A stretch of DNA of 64,000 nucleotides from an uncultured Chloroflexia bacterium (GTDB taxonomy: Bacteria > Chloroflexota > Anaerolineae > CG2-30-64-16). Below are positions 51,535 to 61,643 of this stretch, piece after piece; the stretch's first letter is position 1, and each line of letters starts with the position of its first letter. The translations under genes and the position numbers were made by a program. The notes under the pieces are model-generated. The model was not told where the DNA came from. It did no database searches and saw only the letters and a list, made by a program, of their open reading frames with translations. Where the stretch lies: positions 64,001 to 128,000 of the forward strand of contig CAVZDU010000010.1 in assembly GCA_963774265.1 (NCBI GenBank). The letters run 5' to 3'.

Positions 51535-52638
51535 CTATCCCCCATGTGTGCTACCCCGTGCCGTGATGCTTCGCAGCGCATCGACCAGCACGTCCACGCC
51601 CTGCATCCACTCGGCAATCTCGATGTGCTCTTCGGGCGTATGGTCCAGCCGGCTGTCTCCCGGCCCGTAGGCCAGGATCTGGCAGCCCCAGGCCGGCCCC
51701 ACCACGTTCATGTCGCTCGTACCCGTCTTGTTAAGGAAGACCGGGTCCCCACCGTGTGCGCGCACGGCGGACACGAACGCGCGCACCAGGGGTGTGTTCT
51801 TCTCCGCCCGGTACGCCTGCTCTTCGCCGCTGAAGCGAAACGCGCCGATTCCGTCCGCGCTGATGAGCAGTCGCTTCATCACGTCCGGCGCCAGGCTCGG
51901 CGGCAGGCGGAAGCCCATCCGCATCTCCGCCGTCTCCAGCATCCCGTCATCGCCGGAGCTGAACTGTCTCAGCGATGCCTGCACCTGGTCCCACGCCCGG
52001 CTGTAGCCCGTGTTGAGTTCCTCCACCAGCTCCTGCACCCGTCGCCAGTAGTTGAATGCCAGTTCCGGGGCCCCCGCTGCGGGCCCGGCTGTATGCGACA
52101 TCATCCGTTGGAACTCCACGTCGGCCAGCAGCCTGCCCTTATAGCCCAGGGCTACCCGCTCCCATCCGGTAGGTTCTCCGATGATGCATAAGTCGGGTCG
52201 CCTTCGCGCCGCCAGATGCCGCGCACCTTTCGAAGTCGTGCTCTCTTCCTCGACCGCGCCGGCCACCACGATGCGCCACCCTGGCTGCGGCCCGAGCAGC
52301 GCGGCAGCCGTAGCGAAGGCAGCTAGCGGCCCCTTGGCATCCACCGCGCCACGGCCATAGAGCCGGCCGTCGCGCTCCGCGATCTTGGGGAAGCCGCGCA
52401 CGGTGTCAATGTGTCCGAGGAGTATGATCTCGCGCACGGGCCCTGCGCCCGAGCATTCGAGCACGCCGACCGCATTACCTGCGCCATCACGATGGGCTGA
52501 GAAACCGTGCGCACCGAGCCAGGTGATGAGGTGACACACTGCGGGCATCTCCTGGCCGGAGGGCGAGCGGATCGCCAGTAGCTCGCGCAGCAGCGCCAGG
52601 CCGTTGTCCGTAGTTTCTTCGATAGAGGAAGAAGACAT
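51535..52638 (-). CDS. lysK: [LysW]-lysine hydrolase
   Basis: M20 motifs GHIDTV, GRGAVDAKG, VEEE, GEP, KTGTSDMN, YGPGD..LDH; operon context. Confidence 0.92.
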   Translation of the reverse strand: MSSSSIEETTDNGLALLRELLAIRSPSGQEMPAVCHLITWLGAHGFSAHRDGAGNAVGVLECSGAGPVREIILLGHIDTVRGFPKIAERDGRLYGRGAVDAKGPLAAFATAAALLGPQPGWRIVVAGAVEEESTTSKGARHLAARRRPDLCIIGEPTGWERVALGYKGRLLADVEFQRMMSHTAGPAAGAPELAFNYWRRVQELVEELNTGYSRAWDQVQASLRQFSSGDDGMLETAEMRMGFRLPPSLAPDVMKRLLISADGIGAFRFSGEEQAYRAEKNTPLVRAFVSAVRAHGGDPVFLNKTGTSDMNVVGPAWGCQILAYGPGDSRLDHTPEEHIEIAEWMQGVDVLVDALRSITARGSTHGG

Positions 52639-52651
52639 GCTGACCTCGCTC

Positions 52652-53827
52652 CTAATCTGCGAACACTGCCTCGGCATGGCTGCGGCCTTCGTCTCGCGCC
52701 GCAGTCGCCCGAACGATATCGCATACTGCTGCCGTCACCTGGGCGGTCGTCGCCATGCCACCCAGGTCGGGCGTGGTCAATCCCGCCTTTACCGTTGCCC
52801 GCACGGCTTTGCGCATCAATGCCGCCGCCCGGGGTTCACCGACGTGCTCCAGCAGCATCGCCGCGCTGACGATCGCGCCCATCGGGTTGGCCACCCCGCG
52901 GCCGGCAATATCGGGGGCGCTCCCGTGAACCGGCTCGAAGACCCCCACCCGGCCATCGCCGACATTGGCCGACGGTGCGACGCCCAATCCTCCCACCAAC
53001 CCGGCTGCCAGGTCCGATAGGATGTCACCGAACAGGTTGGTCGTGACGATCACGTCGAAACGGCTTGGATCCCGAACCAGCCACATGGCGGCCGCATCCA
53101 CGAGCACTTCATCGACCTCGACGTCGGGATAACCTTTCGAGACGGCCAGGCAGCTCTCCCGAAACAGCCCATCGGTCACCTTGAGCACGTTTGCCTTGTG
53201 CACGATGGTGACTCGCGGACTTGCTCTGCGTCCTCGCGAACCAGCCCCGGGTCCGCTTTGCGTGGTTTCACGTAGCATGGCCCGCCTGCGTGCCTGCTCG
53301 AAGGCTACCTGGGCGATGCGCTCGCTGGCCTGCCGGGTGATCACCCGCTCGGCAATGGCGGTGTCACCTTCCCTGCGCTCGCGGCCAGAGTACAGGCCTT
53401 CGGTGTTCTCGCGCACGATCAGGAGGTCGATCGGGCAGCCGTTGGGGGCCAGAGGCGACGCGGGACGCAGGTTGGCGTAGAGATCGAACTCCTTACGGAG
53501 CGTGAGGATAGGGCTGCGGTAGATCGCGGGCCTGCCGCCGCTTTGAGGGGATAATCCACGTGGGTGCCCGCTATCGCCATCGCGCAGCGTCCGTGTGGGA
53601 CTGCCGGTTGTCGGCGACTGCGTTGCGCCGAAAAGCGTCGCATCAGTCCCACGCACGGCCTCAACCGTCTCCTGGGGCAGGGCGGTTCCGCTGCGGATGA
53701 AGCAATCCCACCCGGCCTGTGCAGTGACAAAGCGCGTGCCTGGTAAGGCGGTGGCAATCACCTGTGCCGCCGCCGGCACCACCTCCCGGCCAACGCCATC
53801 GCCGGGTATCAGACAAATCGTATTCAT
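52652..53827 (-). CDS. Homoisocitrate dehydrogenase
   Basis: [51 protein letters not shown]; lys operon context. Confidence 0.88.
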   Translation of the reverse strand: MNTICLIPGDGVGREVVPAAAQVIATALPGTRFVTAQAGWDCFIRSGTALPQETVEAVRGTDATLFGATQSPTTGSPTRTLRDGDSGHPRGLSPQSGGRPAIYRSPILTLRKEFDLYANLRPASPLAPNGCPIDLLIVRENTEGLYSGRERREGDTAIAERVITRQASERIAQVAFEQARRRAMLRETTQSGPGAGSRGRRASPRVTIVHKANVLKVTDGLFRESCLAVSKGYPDVEVDEVLVDAAAMWLVRDPSRFDVIVTTNLFGDILSDLAAGLVGGLGVAPSANVGDGRVGVFEPVHGSAPDIAGRGVANPMGAIVSAAMLLEHVGEPRAAALMRKAVRATVKAGLTTPDLGGMATTAQVTAAVCDIVRATAARDEGRSHAEAVFAD

Positions 53828-53859
53828 CTCAGGCCTCCGCCATCCTCAATCTGCAATCT

Positions 53860-54423
53860 TCAATCTTCCATCGCTGATCCGGTCGCGGCCAGGCCCTTGA
53901 GCATGGGCAGCAGACCGCCAGCCTGGAAAATGGCAGCAACCGATGGCGTGAGCGGCGGAAAGGGGAATTCGCCGGCAGCGCAGCTTATGACGCCACGGTC
54001 CAGGTCGACGGTAACGGGCTCTCCGGGTCGGATCACCGTAACCGCCTCCGGACAAATCACCGGCAGGAGGCCGTTGTTGACGGCATTACGGAAGTAAATT
54101 CTCGCGAAAGATTGCGCAATGATAACCCGGATTCCCGCAGCGCGCAAGCTCGTCACAGCCTGCTCGCGGCTGCTACCGCACCCCCAATTCCGCCCTGCGA
54201 CAATGACATCGCCCGCTTGCACCCCTCGCGCAAAAGCCGGATCCAAGTCCTCCAGCGCATGTTGCGCCATTTCCGCCTCATCCTTGATGGTGTAAGTATA
54301 TTTGCCCGGGAAAATCACGTCCGTGTTGACATCATCCCCGTAAACCCAAGCCTGTCCCACCATCGAAGATTGCAGATCGAAAATTGAAGATTGGCCTTCC
54401 GCAGGATTCTCATGGTCGTTCAT
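53860..54423 (-). CDS. lysU: Homoaconitase small subunit
   Basis: [30 protein letters not shown]. Confidence 0.88.
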   Translation of the reverse strand: MNDHENPAEGQSSIFDLQSSMVGQAWVYGDDVNTDVIFPGKYTYTIKDEAEMAQHALEDLDPAFARGVQAGDVIVAGRNWGCGSSREQAVTSLRAAGIRVIIAQSFARIYFRNAVNNGLLPVICPEAVTVIRPGEPVTVDLDRGVISCAAGEFPFPPLTPSVAAIFQAGGLLPMLKGLAATGSAMED

Positions 54424-55790
54424 AGCGCTTCCTCGCCACCTGATCTTCCTTCTTCCATCTTTCTTCCTCCTTCTTCCATCAACTCCTCCGGTCCCCCGAT
54501 CCTGCCGAGCACCGCACTCGCAGCGACCACCTGGGGGCTGGCCAGGTAGATGTTCGCCTCCGGGTTTCCCATTCGGCCCCTGAAATTGCGGTTGGCCGTG
54601 CTGATCACCGTCTCGCCCGCAGCAGGCACACCGAGGTGGTTGCCCATGCACGGCCCGCATCCGGGAGTCCCCAACATCGCCCCCGCTGCCAGGAACGTCT
54701 CCACGTAGCCGGCAGCCAGGCCGGTTTGCAGTACCTCGCTGGATGCAGGGATGACGATGAGCCGGACACCCTGCGCCACCTTGCGCACCGCGCCATTCCC
54801 TCGCCGCAACACGGCCGCCGCTGCTGCCAGATCCTCCAGACGGCCGTTCGTGCAGGTGCCGATGAACGCCTGGTGCACGGGCGTCCCCGCCACCTCGGAA
54901 AGCGGTGCGACATGGGCCGGGTGATGGGGTATGGCGACTGCCGGCTCCAGCGCTCCCAGGTCAACAGCCAGACGCTGCGAGTAGGGTGCATCCTCGTCAG
55001 GATAGAGCGCTCCTGCCGCCAACCATTGAGAGCATTCTTCTTGCGATCTCCCGGTGCGCTCTCGGTTGTCGAGCCTCTCCGCCAGCCACGCGAACACCGC
55101 CTGGTCCGGCTCCAGGTATGCGTTTTTCGCACCCGACTCGGCCATCAAGTTAGGCAGGACCATCCGACCCTCGACGCTCAGCGATCTCAGCCCGGGCCCG
55201 CCGAACTCCAACGCCCGGTAGATCCCCGCCTCAGGACCCAGACGCTGGAGCAACCATAGCCCCAGGTCCTTTGTGGTGACCCACTGGCCCAGCGCGCCGG
55301 CCAGATCGACGCGGATCGTTTCAGGCACGCGCAGCCAGAGCTCGCCGGTCGCCCACAATGCGGCCACCTCGCTCCGTCCGATGCCTGCGCCGAATGCGCC
55401 CAGCCAACCGAAATGAGTCGTATGGCTGTCGGCGCCCAGGATCATTTGACCCGGCAGCACCAGCGCCTCTTCGCTCACCACCTGGTGGCAGATGCCTCGA
55501 CCCGCATCGTAAAAGTGCGCAATCTCCTGGCTGGCCACAAAACGACGAGCCTCGGCGTGATTGGCCGCGTGCTCGGCGGTTGGCGGGGGCACGGCATGGT
55601 CCAGTGCGATGGCCAGCCTCTCAGGGTGCTTCACCCGTTCGATCCCAAGGCTCGCGAACAGGCGGGCAATGGCTGCCGTATTGTCGTGGCTCAGCACCAC
55701 GTCCGGCCGTGCATCCACGATCTGTCCGACCTCGACGTGCGGCAAACCGGCCGCCCTGGCCAGCGCTTTCTGCGCAAAAGTTGATCCCAT
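54420..55790 (-). CDS. lysT: Homoaconitase large subunit
   Basis: SHDN, DH, GICHQ, DSHT, GTCTNGR, CGPCMG, STANRNF.GRMG. Confidence 0.9.
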   Translation of the reverse strand: MGSTFAQKALARAAGLPHVEVGQIVDARPDVVLSHDNTAAIARLFASLGIERVKHPERLAIALDHAVPPPTAEHAANHAEARRFVASQEIAHFYDAGRGICHQVVSEEALVLPGQMILGADSHTTHFGWLGAFGAGIGRSEVAALWATGELWLRVPETIRVDLAGALGQWVTTKDLGLWLLQRLGPEAGIYRALEFGGPGLRSLSVEGRMVLPNLMAESGAKNAYLEPDQAVFAWLAERLDNRERTGRSQEECSQWLAAGALYPDEDAPYSQRLAVDLGALEPAVAIPHHPAHVAPLSEVAGTPVHQAFIGTCTNGRLEDLAAAAAVLRRGNGAVRKVAQGVRLIVIPASSEVLQTGLAAGYVETFLAAGAMLGTPGCGPCMGNHLGVPAAGETVISTANRNFRGRMGNPEANIYLASPQVVAASAVLGRIGGPEELMEEGGRKMEEGRSGGEEAL

Positions 55791-55841
55791 CCCGCTGCTC
55801 CGTTTGCCCTATTTTTCGTGCGCCTTGGTGATCCTGATATC

Positions 55842-56999
55842 TTAGTGGTTCCCGTTTCCGTTCCCGTTGCCCCAGTTGCGCAACAGGTTGTCGACGTCGT
55901 CCAGGCTCAGGGCCCGCTCGTCGGCCAGCACCTTGATGTGCTGCGTGAGCGCCTTCACATGCGTATCGGACAGCGTCAAGCCGAGTTGATCTGCCCTGGC
56001 CCGGACCGCGTTCCAGCCGGTCAGCCTGTGCGCGATTGAGATATAGCGGGTGAGACCGAAGTCGTGTGGATCGAGCGCCTCGTAAGTCTCGGGCGCGTTC
56101 AGGATCGCCTTCGCGTGAATGCCCGCCTTGTGAGTGAATGCACTGAAGCCCGTGATGCAGTTGTTGAACGGGATGTCGACGTTGATCATCTCGCCGACCA
56201 TCAGCTCGAGCTTACGCAGTCGGTCGAGCCGATACTTGGCCGCCGTCGCCTCGCGATCGAGCGTGACCATGCGGGCAACGAATCCGCCCAGGGGGGTAAT
56301 GCCGTTCCGTTCCCCAATGCCTAACACCGTCGTGTCTATGTGAGTCGCGCCGGCTTCCAGGGCTGCGTGGGCATTTGCGATGGCGCAGCCAGCGTCGTTG
56401 TGCCCATGGAACTCGATGTCGCAGTGGGTAAGCCGCCGTAGCGTTCCCACGAGCCGTCCTACCTGTCCCGGCGTTGCGATGCCCACCGTGTCCGCAATGC
56501 CAAGCCGGTTCACCACGCCCAGCCGGTCGACTGCCAGGTACACCCGCAAGAGCTCGGCTTCTTCGCTGCGGAACGAGTCCTCAGTGCTGAACCTCAGCTC
56601 CACGTCGGGCGCTTGTTCCCGAATCCACGGCAGGACTTCTGATGCCAGGTCGATGATCTCGTCGATACTTTTGCCGTGACTAAACTGGCGGAGTTTGGAC
56701 GAGGTTCCAATCACGACGTCAACGCCATTGACCCCGGCATCAAGCGCCACTTTTGCATCGTCGCGGTGGCATCGGATGTGGGTCAGGATGCGCGCCCGCA
56801 GCCCCAGTCCGGCGATCGTCTGCAAGTCGGCCAGGCTTCCCGGCGACGCCTGGGGCGAGGTCAGCTCCAGGTATTCGACGCCGAACTCATCGAGCGCCCG
56901 CGCGATCGCGATCTTCTGCCCGGTCGAGAATTGCGCATTGATGAACTGCTCCCCCTCGCGGAGGGTGGAGTCGATAATCGCATAGTTGTCGAGTGACAC
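55842..56999 (-). CDS. hcs: Homocitrate synthase
   Basis: [45 protein letters not shown]; GTG start after a purine-rich RBS (ATG at 57029 also possible). Confidence 0.93.
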   Translation of the reverse strand: MSLDNYAIIDSTLREGEQFINAQFSTGQKIAIARALDEFGVEYLELTSPQASPGSLADLQTIAGLGLRARILTHIRCHRDDAKVALDAGVNGVDVVIGTSSKLRQFSHGKSIDEIIDLASEVLPWIREQAPDVELRFSTEDSFRSEEAELLRVYLAVDRLGVVNRLGIADTVGIATPGQVGRLVGTLRRLTHCDIEFHGHNDAGCAIANAHAALEAGATHIDTTVLGIGERNGITPLGGFVARMVTLDREATAAKYRLDRLRKLELMVGEMINVDIPFNNCITGFSAFTHKAGIHAKAILNAPETYEALDPHDFGLTRYISIAHRLTGWNAVRARADQLGLTLSDTHVKALTQHIKVLADERALSLDDVDNLLRNWGNGNGNGNH

Positions 57000-57025
57000 A
57001 AGAACCTCTCCTCTCGAAGCCAGTT

Positions 57026-58331
57026 TCAATTAGAAGGAAGAAGGGAAAAGGAAGAAGCAAGATCTTCCATTTTTCTTTTTTCTTCTTCCGTTTTTCGTAC
57101 GGGCGCCAGCGCCTCCGCCAGTGCGGCGACAACCCTCTCCAGGTCTTCTTCCCCGATCACCAGCGGAGGCAGCAACCGCAAGACCGTCATCCCGGCCGGC
57201 AGCGCCAGCACCCCCAGGGCCTGCAGTCGCTGCAACACAGGGGTCACCTTTACCTTCAACTCCACGCCGACCATCAGCCCCAACCCGCGCACCTCGCGCA
57301 CGAGCGGCACACGGAGCGCCGCGAATCTCGTCCATCAGGTGTTCGCCCAACCGCGCTGCCCGACCTGGCAACGTTTCGCCCGACCCTGGGGCCGGGTATT
57401 CGCTTGTCAGTGCATCCAATGCGGCCAGTGCGGCCGCGCACGCCAGCGGATTCCCGCCGAAGGTGCTGCCGTGGCTCATCGGCGCCAGAGTGCCCACGCG
57501 CGGCCCGATCATGCACGCGCCCATCGGTAGGCCGCCCGCCATTGATTTCGCGACGCAGAGCAAGTCCGGGACCACGTCGAAATGCTCGCACGCGAATAAC
57601 CGCCCCGTCCGCCCGAATCCCGTTTGCACCTCGTCCAGGACGAGCAGCGCCCCGCGTTGCCGGCATAGTTCTGCCGCCGTTTGCAGATACTCCCGCCGCG
57701 CAACATGCACGCCGCCCTCGCCTTGCACCGGCTCCAGCAAAACGGCAGCCGTTTCAGCCGTCACAGCCGCCTCCAGGGCGGAGAGATCGTTGAACGGAAC
57801 GTGGCTGAAACCCGGAGTGAGCGGTGCAAAAGGCCGCCGGTACTCCTCTTTCCACGTGGCCGACAGCGCGCCCATCGTTCTCCCGTGGAACCCGCGGTTT
57901 GCCGCTATGATCCCGGGCCGGCCAGTCGAAGCCCGCGCGAATTTGATCGCTGCCTCGACCGCCTCGGTCCCCGAATTGCACAGGAAGGTTCGGTCCAATC
58001 CTGGCGGTGCGACCTGCGCCAGCCGGTGCAGCAAGGCCACGCGCACGTCGTTATGAAAGGTTTCCGGGCAGGTGATGAGTTGGCCGGCCTGTTCGGTGAT
58101 CGCGGCCACGACCGCGGGGTGACAATGGCCCAGGTTTGCCGAACCCTGCCCTGCCACGCAGTCGATGTACTCGCGCCCTTCGGCATCCCATACGTGCGCG
58201 CCCTGTCCGCGCACGATGGCCACCTGGCGCTTCGGATACACGCCGGAGGTGTGGCTGGCCTCGGTCTGGATGATCTCCGCTTGACTCCAAACGACCTCGC
58301 TGGTTTGTGCGAAAGTCTGTGCGAGCATCAT
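57026..58331 (-). CDS. lysJ: [LysW]-aminoadipate semialdehyde transaminase (frameshift near 57320)
   Basis: [43 protein letters not shown]; VRGLGLM...LRLLPPL in the shifted frame. Confidence 0.92.
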
Positions 58332-59200
58332 CGGACCTCCACGAGGGCGGTCGCCATGCGTGCTGTGATTTCGGCCATCTCAAACCCGAGCTCGCCGATC
58401 ACCGTTCCCTCGCCCGCAAGCGCAGCCCGAACGGGCGTGGCCCGCCGCGAATCGGCCAAAATCACGCTGCGCACGTTTCGGTCCAGCGCCTCGCGCGCGG
58501 CCAGCACCTTCTTTTTCATCCGTCCCTGCGCCAACAACTCCACAGCCCTCAGGTGGGCCGGGTCCACGTGGCGCAACAGGCTGCTCTCGTCCGGGAAGTC
58601 GGCCAGCAGTCCCGGCACGTTGCTGAGGATGACCAGTGCATCCGCGTTGAGCGCCCCAGCAAGCATTGCCGCCGCCCGGTCGCCATCCACGTTGAGCCGT
58701 TCGCCGCCCAGACCCAGGGCTAGTGGTGCGACCACAGGCGTGTACCCGGCGCGGAGCAGCATGTCGAGCAGGGCGCCATTCGCCGCTTCGATTTGCCCGG
58801 TGTAGTCATCGCGAATGATGCGTTGGCGACCGTTCTCGACGGCTCGCACCGCGTCCTTTCGCCTGGCCACCAGCAACCGTCCGTCTACGCCAGACAGCCC
58901 GAGTGCGTTGCATCCCATCCGCTGCAACTCGGCGACCAACCCTTTATTCACCCCACCCGCGGCGGCCATCACATAGATATCGAGCATCGATGGATCGGTG
59001 TACCGACTGACGTGTCCCGATGGGGACGTGATATGCCGCACCGGTGCACCCAGGCGCTGCGCCAGCCCATCCGCAGCCGCCGATGTCCCGTGCACCAGCA
59101 CCAGGGGCCACCCCTCAGCAGCCAACTCCGCCACATCCGCGAGGACGGGCGCGGGTGTCACCCCGGCTGCTCCGCCCAATTTCACAACGATCGGATTCAT
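58328..59200 (-). CDS. lysZ: [LysW]-aminoadipate kinase
   Basis: VVKLGG, VHG, SRYTD, NVDGDRAAA, GRMKKK. Confidence 0.93.
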   Translation of the reverse strand: MNPIVVKLGGAAGVTPAPVLADVAELAAEGWPLVLVHGTSAAADGLAQRLGAPVRHITSPSGHVSRYTDPSMLDIYVMAAAGGVNKGLVAELQRMGCNALGLSGVDGRLLVARRKDAVRAVENGRQRIIRDDYTGQIEAANGALLDMLLRAGYTPVVAPLALGLGGERLNVDGDRAAAMLAGALNADALVILSNVPGLLADFPDESSLLRHVDPAHLRAVELLAQGRMKKKVLAAREALDRNVRSVILADSRRATPVRAALAGEGTVIGELGFEMAEITARMATALVEVR

Positions 59201-59212
59201 CGAAAGCCTCCT

Positions 59213-60265
59213 CTAGACCGGATGGATCCCCGGGAAACCTAGGCCCAACGTTTCATCCCATCCAAGCATCAAGTTCATGCACTGCACGCCTGACCCCGCC
59301 GCGCCCTTGCCCAGGTTGTCGATGGCGGCCAGCGCCACCAGGCGTCCGGTCGCTGCGTCCAACTCCCACCCGACATCGGCCAGGTTCGTTCCGGCCAACA
59401 GCTTGGGCTCCGGGTGTCGATAGATGCCCCCGCGCTCGTGGACGATCCGCACGAAGGGTTCCTGCCCGTACGCCGCCCGGTACGCACGCCAGACGTCCTT
59501 GTCGGTCAGACCTGGGCCAACCCACGCGTGTGCTGTGGCCAACACCCCGCGCACCAGTTCGATGGACGTCACCGATAGATACACATCCTCTCGCCCCATC
59601 ACCTGTCGCACTTCGGCCTCGTGCCGGTGCCCTGTCGGCGCGAAGGATCGGACCACGCCCGCGCGTTCCGGATGATGCGATGCCGCGCTGTGCGTGGCCC
59701 CTCCTTCCGACGAACCCGCTTTGACGTCGATCACAAGGGGGAGGTCCGTGCGCAGCAGCCCTGCCCTCGCCAGTGGCAGCAGGGCCAGATTTGCCGCCGT
59801 CGCGTTGCACCCCACCCCGCTCACGAACGTCGCGCCGCGGATCGCTTCGCGATTGATCTCCGGCAGACCGTAGGCGAAGCGCGGAAGGAAGTCGAGAGCC
59901 GCGTGGTCTGCTCCGTAAGTGCGGCGATACAGTTCTGGATCAGTGATGCGGAAGTCTGCGGAGAGGTCGATGATGCGAGGAGCTAGTGAGGTTAGTTGCA
60001 CGATCCGGCGCTGCGCTTCCCCATGTGGTAAGGCCAGGAAGAGCACATCGCACGGCGCCAGTTCGCTGAGTGAGGTGAAGCGTTGGGGTGGGCGGCCGCC
60101 GGTCGGCCGCAGGTTCGGATGCACGCTGTGAACGAGGTCACCCGCGTGAGATTCCGATGTGACCTGCCCGATCTCGATGTGCGGGTGTGCGGACAGGAGC
60201 CGGATCAACTCACCGCCGCCGTATCCCGATCCGCCAACGATAGAGACAGTGGTGCGGTCGCTCAT
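59213..60265 (-). CDS. lysY: [LysW]-aminoadipyl-phosphate reductase (ArgC-like)
   Basis: [36 protein letters not shown]. Confidence 0.93.
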   Translation of the reverse strand: MSDRTTVSIVGGSGYGGGELIRLLSAHPHIEIGQVTSESHAGDLVHSVHPNLRPTGGRPPQRFTSLSELAPCDVLFLALPHGEAQRRIVQLTSLAPRIIDLSADFRITDPELYRRTYGADHAALDFLPRFAYGLPEINREAIRGATFVSGVGCNATAANLALLPLARAGLLRTDLPLVIDVKAGSSEGGATHSAASHHPERAGVVRSFAPTGHRHEAEVRQVMGREDVYLSVTSIELVRGVLATAHAWVGPGLTDKDVWRAYRAAYGQEPFVRIVHERGGIYRHPEPKLLAGTNLADVGWELDAATGRLVALAAIDNLGKGAAGSGVQCMNLMLGWDETLGLGFPGIHPV

Positions 60266-61116
60266 TCTGAACCCTCCACCATCCTCAGTACATACCGCAC
60301 CACGTGGGCGGGGATATCCACGCCAGTCGTGTGGATGCTGTTGCGGAACTCCATCGTATGGTTAATCTCATTCACCAGGAATCCTCGCTGCGGGTCTTCC
60401 AGTACATCGATCGCCAGGACGCCCCCGCCCACAGCTTGCGCCGCGTCCCGACACAAAGCATCCAGTTCGGGCGTTACCGGGCAATTGCTCGCCTCGCCGC
60501 CTTTCGCCGTGTTTGTGATCCAGTGTGAAGACGCCCGGTAGATTGCACAGATCGTCTCGTCACCCACCACAAACGCCCGGATGTCCCGGCCGGGCTTGGC
60601 GATGTACTCCTGGATGTAGAAAATGCTGTGCTGGTACGACCCGAGGACGTCCTTATGCTCCAGCACGGCCTCAGCTGCGTCGCGATCGTTGATTCGCGCC
60701 AGCAGCCGTCCCCACGAGCCGACCACCGGTTTCAGCACCACGGGGTAGCCCATTTCCTCGATGGCCTGGATCGCCGATTCTGGCGTGAATGCCACGCGCG
60801 TCTCCGGCTGCGGCACCACGGCCTGGGCCAGCGCCGCGGTCGTCAACAGCTTGTCCCAGCAGGTGGCCGCGGTCTCGTAGCGGTTTACCGTAGGGATGCC
60901 CGCTGCGCCGAGCAACCGCAGCGCATAGATGCCACGTGCTGCGCTCAGCGAGCGTTCCAGCACCACGTCGGCCTGCACAGCACGGGGACCCCCAGGTCTG
61001 AAGATCAGCTCCTCGTCATTGACCAGCGTCACATCCGCGCCGGCCGCCTCGAGCGCGGCCAACAGCAGCTTTTCTTCCACGCGGATGCGCGAGGCGATCA
61101 GGGCAACGCGCGTCAT
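60262..61116 (-). CDS. lysX: Alpha-aminoadipate--LysW ligase (ATP-grasp)
   Basis: [43 protein letters not shown]. Confidence 0.95.
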   Translation of the reverse strand: MTRVALIASRIRVEEKLLLAALEAAGADVTLVNDEELIFRPGGPRAVQADVVLERSLSAARGIYALRLLGAAGIPTVNRYETAATCWDKLLTTAALAQAVVPQPETRVAFTPESAIQAIEEMGYPVVLKPVVGSWGRLLARINDRDAAEAVLEHKDVLGSYQHSIFYIQEYIAKPGRDIRAFVVGDETICAIYRASSHWITNTAKGGEASNCPVTPELDALCRDAAQAVGGGVLAIDVLEDPQRGFLVNEINHTMEFRNSIHTTGVDIPAHVVRYVLRMVEGSE

Positions 61117-61283
61117 TCTCCCCAATCCTCCTGTTCTTCAGGTGCAAGTTCGAGCGTCAGTGGATCGAGCGCAATCACTTCCAGATCAGCGCCGCACGCC
61201 GCGCACGGCACAATTTCGCCCTGCAGCGGATCACGCAGGACGACCGGGCCTTCACATTCAGGACAGAGTGCTTCGAGTACCAT
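61113..61283 (-). CDS. lysW: Amino-group carrier protein LysW
   Basis: CPEC...CAAC zinc ribbon and C-terminal EDWGE; GGAGG RBS. Confidence 0.95.
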   Translation of the reverse strand: MVLEALCPECEGPVVLRDPLQGEIVPCAACGADLEVIALDPLTLELAPEEQEDWGE

Positions 61284-61336
61284 GATTGAATCCTCCGAAT
61301 TTGGTAGGGGCGACGAGACGTCGCCTGTTTCCACCT

Positions 61337-61374
61337 AACAAAAAGCCCCCTCCGCCAACCGGGCGGAGGGGGCT
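61337..61374 (-). terminator. Attenuator 2 intrinsic terminator
   Basis: 13-bp stem AGCCCCCTCCGCC-CGGTT-GGCGGAGGGGGCT followed by TTTTGTT, in the operon leader. Confidence 0.9.
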
Positions 61375-61404
61375 GCAAACGACTTAGGGGTGCGCGCAAG
61401 CGGC

Positions 61405-61470
61405 CTATCCAGACCTCCAGTCCGGCAAGCTGATCATCTTCTTGACCGTGCGCTTTGTCTTGAGCAGCAT
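61405..61470 (-). CDS. Lys-rich leader peptide 2: MLLKTKRTVKKMISLPDWRSG
   Basis: GAGGAG RBS, ATG at 61470, four AAG codons, TAG at 61405, upstream of terminator 2; translated by hand. Confidence 0.8.
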   Translation of the reverse strand: MLLKTKRTVKKMISLPDWRSG

Positions 61471-61484
61471 GTGTTTCTCCTCGG

Positions 61485-61524
61485 CAAACAAAAAGCCCCG
61501 CCTGGCGTTGGCCTGGCAGGGCTT
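61485..61524 (-). terminator. Attenuator 1 intrinsic terminator
   Basis: AAGCCCTGCCAGGC-CAAC-GCCAGGCGGGGCTT stem (one mismatch) followed by TTTGTTTG. Confidence 0.85.
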
Positions 61525-61549
61525 CTGGTTCTTTAGGGTTCTGTCTGGA

Positions 61550-61627
61550 CTACCCCAAGCGCCAGTGGCCGTCCCTGCAGGCCAGGGAAAGCTTCTTGGA
61601 CTTGGAGCGCTTGGACAGAGTCATCAT
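61550..61627 (-). CDS. Lys-rich leader peptide 1: MMTLSKRSKSKKLSLACRDGHWRLG
   Basis: GGAG RBS, ATG at 61627, four AAG codons, TAG at 61550, upstream of terminator 1; translated by hand. Confidence 0.8.
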   Translation of the reverse strand: MMTLSKRSKSKKLSLACRDGHWRLG

Positions 61628-61643
61628 GTGAGCTTGTTCTCCG

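Noticed and set aside
53860-55790. Leucine biosynthesis leuC/leuD (and leuB at 52652-53827)
   Set aside because: The homologous enzymes sit inside the lysWXYZJ-hcs-K operon, so lysine-pathway roles are more likely; dual use cannot be excluded
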